From: the human T2T-CHM13v2.0 reference genome, Homo sapiens
Direction: 5' to 3' (one strand)
NCBI RefSeq assembly: GCF_009914755.1
Contig: NC_060929.1
Length of the DNA stretch: 64,000 nt
Made by a program: the position numbers and the translations under genes. This document shows positions 53,040 to 64,000 of the stretch, piece after piece. Every line of letters starts with the position of its first letter. Position 1 is the first letter of the stretch. Below the pieces are notes generated by a model. It was given only the letters and a program-made list of their open reading frames with translations, ran no database searches and was not told the DNA's origin.

Positions 53040-55935
53040 AGGAAGAAATCTCAAGGTAGATAAAAAATACTTTTTGAGATAAGAACAAAACCATAACAAA
53101 TCAAAACTTATAGGATGCAGCCAAGCAGTGCTAAAGGAAAATTTGTAGCAGTAAATGCCCAAATTGAAAAAAAAGCTACAAATTTAATAAATTAAACTTC
53201 TCCTGTAGGAAATTAGAATTCCTAATTTCTAAAAAAAATCTAAATAAAATGGAAGGCAGTAATGAGGATTAGTACACCAATAAATGAAATAGAGAATGGA
53301 AAGCAATACAAAATATCAAGAAAACAAGTTTCTTATATTAAAAAAAAAAATTGGCAAACCTTAAACTATCTATCCAGGACAAAGCAAGATTATAATCAAT
53401 AAAATCTTAAATGAAAGAGCATCATTATTATGAAACTTACAGAAATTAAAGGATTGTAGAGAAATATTGTAAAAACTTTATTTGAAAAAAATAGCTGACT
53501 ACGCATCAATATGCCTTATAAATAAAGACAAAAATTTTGAACATACTACCAAACCAGAACCAGCACCGTATAAAAAGGATTATACAGAACGACCAAGACA
53601 AATTTATTCCAGGAATAAAAGTGGTTCAACCTGTAAAATCATTCAGTGTAATACATGACAGTAATTGAATAAAAGACAAAATTAAATAATGATAATCTCA
53701 ATAGAAATAAAGAAAATCTTTTGATAAATTCCACCATGCTTTCTTTATTAAAATGTGCTACCAAACTGAGTGTAGAAAATAACTCTCAATCTGAAACTAG
53801 TTGGCTTTTCTGAAAAATAACAATTAACATCATACATAATGATGAGACTTAAATGCTTCCCCTCTAAGATTTCAAACGAAAACAGAACATCTGCTCTTGT
53901 TACTTATACTCAACATTATACTAGAGGTTCTAAACCGGGCCATTAATACAGAAAAAAGAGATAATATGTATCCTGATGAACTGGAAATAAATAACACTAT
54001 CTCTCCACATATGCCATGATCTAATATATGGAAAACTCCTAAGGAATACACACACACACATACACACACACACACCCCACAGACAAAACTTTCATAACTA
54101 ACATACAAGTTTATAAAACTAACAAAATTTAAGATGAGTGTACAAAAATCAGTCGTATATATAGATACCTTCTACAGACAAAGTGAAAATGTTATTAAAA
54201 CATATTTGTTTATAATAGGTTCAAAAATATTTAAGAATAAGTTAAAATAATAAAATTACTTCTAATTTGAAAACTCTAAACCTTTATTGAAAACACACAA
54301 GTAGGTCCAAATGAATGGAACTACATTTTATATGCTTGAACTGGATGCCTTAATTACAATGGCAATACATCCCAAATAATTCTCCACATTAAAAAGAATG
54401 CTTACAAAATCCCAGCTTTCATTTTATAAGAACTGACAAGAAAATTCTAAAATTCAAATAACTGTGAGATGAACACAGCCAAAAAATCTTGAAAAACACT
54501 AAGTTGGAGAAATTACATTTTTTATTTCAAAATGTATTACAAAGTTACAGTAATTGATATGATACTGGCATAAGCATAGACATATAAATCAATGGAGTAG
54601 AATTTAGTGTCCAAAAATGAACATCTTCATAAACAATTAATTTTTGCAATATTATCAAAATAATTTGATAGGGAAAGAATAGTCTTTTCAAACAATATTA
54701 CTGGGACCACTGAATATGCACATGCAAAAGAATGAATTTGGAACCCTACTTCATTTCATCTATAAAAATTAACATAGAATTGAACTTTCACCAGAACATA
54801 ATAGAGAAAACCTTAGAATTCTTAGAAAAAAAGAGACATAGTAGCAAATCTTTCTGTTTTTCAGATAGGGAATGGTTTATTAGAAAAACACCAAAAGTAC
54901 AAGAGAACAGAAAAGGGATTAAGAGGTGTTTTTCTAATAAACCATTCCCTTTCATCAAAATCAAAACCTTGTGTTTCAAAGAACAGCATTAAGAAAGTGA
55001 AAAGACAACCCAAAGGAAAAAAAATACATATTTGCAAAGTATATATCTGATAAGAGACATATCCAAACTCTATAAAGAAGACCTACAACTCACATTATAA
55101 ATAAAATTAGCTCTAACATACACACACACAAAAAAGCAAAATATTTGAATAAGTATTTCTCCAAAGATGGTCGTAATTACATAAAAAGAGGATTCATATC
55201 ACTCATCACAAGAAAAATGCAAATCATAATTACCATTTGATAACATTTCACTCTCACTATGATGGCTAAAAAGAAAGTAACAATTGTTAATGAGAAAGTA
55301 GAGACATTAGAACACCTGTAGATCCCTAGTTGAAGGTAAAATGCTGCAGTTGCTTTGGAGAATAGTTTTGCAATTTCTCAAAAAATGAAACCTACAGTTA
55401 CTAATTGACCTGGCAATTTTACCCCTTGGCATATACCCTGGGAAATAAAAATATATTTGCATGAAACTTTTACATATAGCAGCATTATCCTTAATCACCA
55501 AAATGTGGAAAAAATACAAAAGTTCATCAACTGTTCAATGGGTAAAATATGGTATAGCCCTACAATGAAATACTATTTTCTAATTTTAAAAGTGAAGTAG
55601 GAATACTACATAGTATCAATGTCTACCACAAAGTTAAAACCATTCACAAAGGCCACGCATTTCATGTTTCGGTTCACATAAAATATTTTGCAGACAAAAT
55701 TCACTGAGAGAGAAAGTTCAGTGGTTGCCAGTGGCTAGAGTTAGTGGGGAATGGAGATTGACTTCTAATGGGTATGTATTTTTGTTGCTGTTGTTGTTTT
55801 TACGGTGATAAAGTCTTTCTAAAATTAGATACTGCTATTAGTTGAACAACTTTGTGAATATTGTGAAAACCATTGAATTGTACACTTTAAAAGCTGAAGT
55901 TTTTGATATATAAATTACATCTGGTTAATGCTGTT
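53040..55935 (+). mobile_element. L1MB/ME-like ORF2 to 3' UTR (~2.9 kb)
   Basis: CAAAACTTATAGGATGCAGCCAAGCAGTGCT, AATGCTTCCCCTCTAAGAT, CAACATTATACTAGAGGTTCTA, ending CCATTGAATTGTACACTTTAAAA. Confidence 0.9.
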
Positions 55936-55979
55936 ATAATTACTCTTCTGAATTCTAGCATTATATATTATTTTTCACT

Positions 55980-56400
55980 TTTCTGGAAGTGCATTTAAAT
56001 GAAGTAATATAGATTATAATCTTTTGTCTGCCTTCTTATATACAAAAAATAACTGCAAGATCCATACATACTGTTGCATATATCATTATTTCATTCTTGT
56101 TCTTGCTATGTAATATTCGATTACATAAATATATCAGAAATATTTATCCATAAATTTACAAATGTCTGTCTGGTTTCTAGTCTGGACTAGCATGTGTAAA
56201 TGCTAGGAAATCATTCTATATATCATTTTGTCACCACATACATTTATTTCTCCTGTGAGAAGATATAAAAGTGCAATTGTTGGAGCATAGGGTAGGCATA
56301 TGTTTGGATTTATTACACATAATCCGTCGTCAAAAATGGTTAAATAAATATCCTCTCCCACCAACAATGTGTGAAAGTTTCAATTGCATAACACAACACA
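55980..56400 (-). mobile_element. L1ME-like degraded 3' fragment
   Basis: AGATCCATACATACTGTTGCATATATC, CATAGGGTAGGCATATGTT, CTCCCACCAACAATGTGTGAAAGTT. Confidence 0.65.
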
Positions 56401-57252
56401 GTGAAACTGTTTTAAAAAATTGATCTGACACTAGCTTTTGCATTTAATAGATATGATTCAGTTTAAATCTTCTATTTTTGCTATTTATCTCCTTTCTTCT
56501 TTTCTTCTTTGTTCTATACTTTTCCTGTTTTTCTGCCTACTTTAAGTTTAGCAATTACATGCAATCTATCCTTTCATATTTTAATTGAATTTCATTTTCT
56601 TTGTATATTGAAGTCTAATAGGTGATTAATTAGATAACTCAATGAAGCATTTTAAATAATTAAAGTATTATCATAATAAGGAAGTCATTTATCATGAAAA
56701 GCACATTGCAAAGATTTTTCGGTTTGTAAATTTAAATACAAAAATCTGAGATCTGAAGAACTGAATTTCTAAATCTAGCACTATAGTTTCAGTATTGTCA
56801 TACATTTTATAGATAATCTAGATAAGGCCATAACTTTTAAAGAGAAATATGCAGTCTTTGAAGGAAAATTTTGTTTTATAGGCTACAGTGAGGCAACCGT
56901 GGGCCTAAAATTCAAGACTTTTACTGGTCTAATGCCAGAACAACAATGATATTCTATTGACATAACTTATTTATTGCTTCAAAACTATTTTTCTTTCTAC
57001 TACATGAAATTTCTGACACAGGACAAAGTTACATTGTTACTTTACATTTCTTTTGATTCTTCCATAAAATGCTAGGGGGAAATGAAAAACCTATGGAACA
57101 TAAAATTTTTTTAAATTTATTACTATTATTCTTTAATATAAAAAAATTAAAATATATCATTCTCTTTTAATTTTATACAAACATCATAATATATACTAAT
57201 TTTAAAGTTATAAGAATTTGTTTCTAAGTTATCAATTGTTAATAAAAAACTT

Positions 57253-57598
<346 letters not shown>

Positions 57599-57736
57599 CT
57601 AGGATGCAATATATCTCTAATAAAAATACCAGGTTATAGGTTTTTTATTCTTAAAATTTACGCTTACATTAAATACAAATAAAAAGTATATCTGAGATTC
57701 TAATGCATAAATATCCCATATAAAAAATTTAAAATT

Positions 57737-58102
<366 letters not shown>

Positions 58103-58484
58103 CTAAAACCATTGCACATGGTGACCTGGGCAAGGAAATCCACTGTGGTTTCCAACGAACACTCAACCAGGCAATATCAGTTAATTTTACTGATATACCA
58201 TCCTAGAATATAAATTTATCTAATTGTAATTGTTGGATTTTACCATTATTAAATTACTGTTATACCACTTACGCACTTTGATTACATTATTTTTGCCTGT
58301 CTAGAAACAATAAACTTGAATAAAATCAGTATGCAAGGCTTTAAATTGTTTCAAAATTAAAATATTTGTATTATGTTTGTGCAAATTTTCTTAAACGACC
58401 ATGTACAGCCATCATCATTTTTCCAAAATGTTGTGTGTTGTATGTGTCTATATCTCCCAGCAGAAATTAATGACTGAGATGGAA

Positions 58485-58530
58485 AGAGGAAGAGAGAGAG
58501 AGAGAGAGAGCGCGAGAGAGAGACAGAGAA
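58485..58530. repeat. (GA)n microsatellite
   Basis: GA run with GCGC interruption. Confidence 0.92.
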
Positions 58531-59734
58531 ATGAAACCATACACCTGCTTGGCTCAGATGAATGATGTAGCATAGATTTGGCTTTGAAATATTTACTTAG
58601 AAGATTTATTAAATTACTTCGTGGCATACACACTTGTTTCTTCCATTCGTGTGATTAAGCCGAAACCTACAGCACAGCCTGTCTTATTCAGAGGCAGAGC
58701 GCTGTGTGCTGACTATACAAGGCTATTAAGTGACTGGCTCCATTCTCCTTCAGACTGAGGCCAAGGCCTATCCAAATTGCTGAGTTTCCTTGCCTCCAAA
58801 GCTTTTTAAGCTTAAAATTTATAATTTCTTTCTAAACGTACTGATTAAAAGTCTCAGGTTTTTTTTTGTTTGTTTCACTTCATATTATTCCAATGCTGAT
58901 ACTTCTTGGACAACACTATTAAACACAGTATTATTTGAAATATAAAAATGGAACATTCCATTTAGCTATGGTGTATAGACTCACTATGAATTAACCTGAT
59001 GTCAATGATCTCAGATTTTTTTCCAGGCATTTTTGAAGGGATCCTGTAAAAGAGAAATGTGAGATTTCTACTTTACTAGAATATATTTTAAGTAACTGTC
59101 AATATTTTCATTATTACATGGTGGTTAACCTAGACAAACCCAGTTAGGGCACATTCTTTCCATCAACACCCAGTTCTGTCACTATCAACCCCTCTTTAGG
59201 TCCTTTCTGTGGTCAGAGGAAAAAACATTTGACATTGATGGAATGCTTAAAAACACTTCCAAAAATTCTGAGTTATGTGTTGCTTTCAGCAAGACTCTAT
59301 AAAGCCTTTATACCAAGACAAGTCTGAGGGTCTTCTGCGCAATACTCCTAAATCTTCATTCTTCTCATCCAGAAGAATATTCTTGCATTGTGGGAAAAAG
59401 AAGGCTGTAGTATACGTAAAGTTTCTGATTAAAGTGCCTAAAAACCATGCTTTTGGATCCCACCCTCCATGTCCATTGAAGGGAGTGGTTCCAGGAAAGG
59501 AAAGTGAGTTGTCAACGTGCAAAGAACAAAGGAGAGATCTACAGGTAGAATGCAGATAATGTATCTAGAGACTAGCACCCTGTAACAAATCAGACAGCAC
59601 ACATGAAAACAGGCAAAATGCAGACGTCAGGAAGTGGATGCAATAGAGAGTAAAATAATCCCCTCCTATCTTATTTCTGTCTTTTCAGTGATGTATATTT
59701 GGAAAGTAATCTTTTCTACAGCCAAAACCTGTTA

Positions 59735-60184
<450 letters not shown>

Positions 60185-63100
60185 TTAGCTCGTATTTTCA
60201 CGGAATACTACTTACATTAAAAACATAAAATATCGTCGTACAACGTAACATACACTGTGCTAAGAAATACACAGGTTTGAATTTTTCACATGAACTTTAA
60301 AAATCATTTTGAAAATGTAAGACATTTCAGACTTTGCTCCAGGAATCACCTAATTCTCTCACACCTGAAGCTTGGCATATTTAATATGTAAGCACCTGGA
60401 AAATTTTCTGATTTCAAAAAATTAATTTCTAGAATCTCCAAATGAAAAGATTTTTATGGAGCAGAAAAGAGAAAAAGTTTGTGAATGTGTACATGTATAT
60501 GTGTGTGTTTGGAAAGGCTAGATTTACTGTACGTAATTATGTGAAGACTACTTCATTCTCTAAGCAGCTAATACAAAAATGTTCTCAATTAGAGGCTGGT
60601 CTTCATTGAGAAAATATTTTGAGGATCTCAACATCTAGAACCTGGTTGCTTGCTCATAAACAAAGAAGCAACGCTGAAAAACAAGGGAGATGAAAATGTA
60701 AAGTTTTTGCAGAGTGAGCAGGCAGTTTGTCACACTGCTCCAGGCAGAAGACAATGAAGATATTAGTGCTTACTACAATTTTAAAGTTTTTCTGGGGCAT
60801 ACCTGTCTTGCTAAATTCAAGTCTTACAAAATCATATAGTAAAGTCCACATTGTTCGTTAATGTTGCCATGTGTTATTTCTCCCTAAGCTAGAAAAAAAT
60901 TAAGATTCTTCACACAGGTAGATTTTGGATTAATGAAAAGAAAGCATATTTGGCCAAAAAAAGCAGAACTTGAGAAAACTGCTTCTGTTGTTACAAAATC
61001 ATAAAATTGTTCCAGTGAATGCCTGATTCTGGTACTGGTAAAGCAGTGGTGCAATTATTATGTGCCACTGTGTGCTCTGTATGCCTAAGCTAAGTACCTT
61101 CTTTATAAAAATGCTGAAGTATATTCCTATAACATTTCCGCCTGGAAAAACAAAAGAAACTTATTCAAATATAATTGTTACTTTTTCTTCTCCTCCTACC
61201 TAACTGTCTTTGCAGAGGGTTCTACCAATATCTTTAAAAGACAAAAATAACAGTTTTATTTCAAGTCTCTAAAGTCAAAAATTGAGATTTTTAAATATCT
61301 CTTGACTTGCTTATTACATTATTGAGAAAACCTATTAACAAATAAGCCAACTCATTATATATAAAATAACCATGGGTTCATGACATTGTTAATTGCATAT
61401 AATCTATTACAGTGTTAATTTACAAAATTTAGTACAAGTTGGCAGGATAAAATACCAGCTGAAAAAGATGATGTAGTTGTCACAAGGTAAATATTAAGCA
61501 AAATGTACACATAATTATTTGTAATAGAATAATCTAATTATATTTCACAATTATTTGAAATAATTTACTTCTTTAAGAAATTAGAAATGTTATATCATAT
61601 TCAGAGTCCAAAATTTAAGCGAAAGATTAACTTAGAGATATATAAACGCCTACCATAGCTCATTTAATTTCTATTTTCTGTTTTATTTATTTACATTTCT
61701 AACAACAATTTGAAAAAAAATTGAGTTTTATTGGCAAGTGCCTATTTTCCACTAATTACAGTCTCATTGCTGTTAGTTTACATATTTTCTTTTTGTCCAG
61801 AAGATGCTGCTGCTGCTGCATAGATGCTGATACAACTTTGGCTACTGGCTGTTCATAGTCTCCCTGTCACATTCATCGTTGACTAAAAAGGAGATTGATG
61901 CACTTTTTTCTCAATGACTTTGTTTTTCATTCCTCTCCTTGATTACTGCAATCTCAGAAAACAAGGTATCATCAAACGTAAAGGGTCTTATAAGAAATCC
62001 ATTTATGTTATCTGATCCAGTAGAGAAACAAAAAAGAAGATTGGATTAAGATGAGATCAGGCATTGAAGATTTACAATAGAAAGGGTAAAGGTGGTAACC
62101 AATGTGCATTTTCAAACACTGGAAAACACTTGAATAAAGTATTTTAACTGAAAAGCCAGTTTTCAGCTATAGAATACACTGTAATAATTCAGAATGTCAT
62201 GTTCAAAAACAGAAAAAAATAAAACTCACCATTAGATAAGGAATAAGTAAAAAATATTTTTCTTTTTTTGTTAACATGTTAAGATGTACCATGCTGAAAA
62301 CATATATACTTTTAAAAGTCCTCATTATAATTTAAGGAACTATTGTGTATGATCATGTTCATTTATATGCCTAATTCTTTGTTTGCTAATTATGGAATTG
62401 AATTAATTAATTAGAAAAGCAAGTTGGGAGGAATTCTGAAATAGTGTAGTTCTACTCTTACTCTGAAGAAGTTGAAGGGATCTTTAAAATAATACACATG
62501 TTCCATCCCCTGACCTTCTTGTTCATAAAACTGCTGAAATAACCACAATGTCTTTAAGTCTCCTCCATGTATATACATATGTGTGAGCACACACATATAC
62601 ACACAAACATAGATTAATAATTTATGGTAGAAATTTTATTAAGGTAGAAATTTTTGGTTAGTTTCTACATACAGTGTCCTTCAGAGAAAATGTGTATCTT
62701 TTCACATTTATGGTCCTAAAGTGGCAGTTTTAAAATAAAATAGGAGCTTTCAAAATGTGGATGTGTAGATGCATGAGTTATGAGTAGTACTAAAAATATT
62801 AACCTAGCATTTGTTTAAAAAATACTGAGATCTGATATGGCCAAGAGTTGATATACAGCATAAAGCTTACTTGTGAAATAAATTTTAATAAAGATTACAT
62901 TTAAAAGGTTACTTGAGAAAAGAGTCATTCTTTTTCATTCTTTTCAAGTACAGATAGAATTAAAGTTGACCATGTACTTACAACAAAAGAAGTCTTAGCA
63001 AATGCCAGATAACAAAATCATACACATCTTCTTTCTAAGTTATAATGTGAAAGTTAAATTGGTAACAGTAAGTTAGTAAAAATAGTGTAATTTGTGTACT

Positions 63101-63249
63101 AGAAGATACTTCAGAAAACTGCATAAATAAAATAATAAATAAAAAATAAAATAATATCAATTTAGAACTAAAACAGGGGAAAACATTCTTTTAAAAAGTG
63201 TTTGAAATAAGCATGACCATGTCCTATATGCCAGGACTTGTTCTGAACA

Positions 63250-64000
63250 ATAACAACAAAAATTATGAAGCACACAAAAAGATAGCAGAAATCAATTATG
63301 AGAAACAGGGTCAGACACGACATAGATATAGGACTGACATGGTAATTACAATAACTATGCTTAATATATTAAAGCCTTTAATAGAAAAGAGAGCCCCAGA
63401 GAGATAATTCCAGCCACAAAATGGAAACCATAAGAAAAAAATCAAGTAGAAAATATAGAAATCAGAACAATGTGTAGAAATGAAGATCTTCAATAAACTC
63501 ATAAGTAGACTCAGCATAGTTGAGGAAAAAATCAGTAATGTTGAATAAACAATGATTAAACAGCCCAATTAAAATGAAAAGAAAAAAGAGAAACAAAAAA
63601 AATTCTAGATCTTTGGCACAATATAAAATATTCTAATTTATGCATAATTGGAATTTTTAAAGAAGAAATGTTTAATGAAATAATGGGTGACACATTTGCA
63701 GAAGTAATGCCAAGCTGCAAACTTGTTCTAAGGTAACTTAGTATCAAGCTGGAAAAAAACCCAAAATATACAAACAGGCTTGCATATACACACGTGTGAA
63801 TGTGCACACACACACACACACATAAACACACAGCCCTAAGCATTTTATAGTCAAACTGCTGACTGGTGAAGTCTATGAGAAAATTTTTAAGACAGATAAA
63901 AAGGCATTTTGCTTTCAGAGAGCCAATGATAAGAAATACAGCAGACTTATCATCAAAAGCCATGTGAATAAGAAGACAATGGAGTGACATCTCTGATATG
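63250..64000 (+). mobile_element. Old L1M ORF1 region, runs off the window
   Basis: ATAACTATGCTTAATATATTAAAG, CTCATAAGTAGACTCAGCATAGTTGAGGAAAAAATCAGT, ATAGTCAAACTGCTGA, CAGCAGACTTATCATCAAAAGCCATG. Confidence 0.8.

Noticed and set aside
53206-53230. 8-bp inverted repeat GAAATTAG/CTAATTTC in L1
   Set aside because: Short and AT-rich, compatible with chance.

Overview
AT-rich, CpG-poor primate (human-like) nuclear DNA that reads as intergenic or deep-intronic. I found no host protein-coding exon, RNA gene, CpG island or prokaryotic feature. The window is dominated by transposon fossils: 13 Alu copies or fragments, many L1 pieces, L2/MIR, MER58A, MaLR, MLT2 and MER67-like solo LTRs, and microsatellites. 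The largest coherent element is a two-LTR HERV-L provirus (27506-34333, + strand) with a tRNA-Leu PBS and disrupted gag-pro-RT-RNaseH-IN-dUTPase, no env, and an AluYa-like insertion in dUTPase. The best leads are: (1) asymmetric LTRs, where the 5' LTR has a perfect DUX4-type motif and lacks the poly(A) signal, suggesting a possible DUX4/zygotic-activation promoter; (2) a ~0.9 kb complex insertion at 51788-52681 that joins an apparent polyadenylated transcript 3' end to templated filler DNA; (3) several template-switch hairpin scars. I cannot support a claim of a new biological system; these are hypotheses. Repeat subfamily names come from recalled consensus sequences and boundaries of old repeats are approximate, so both need RepeatMasker/Dfam confirmation.
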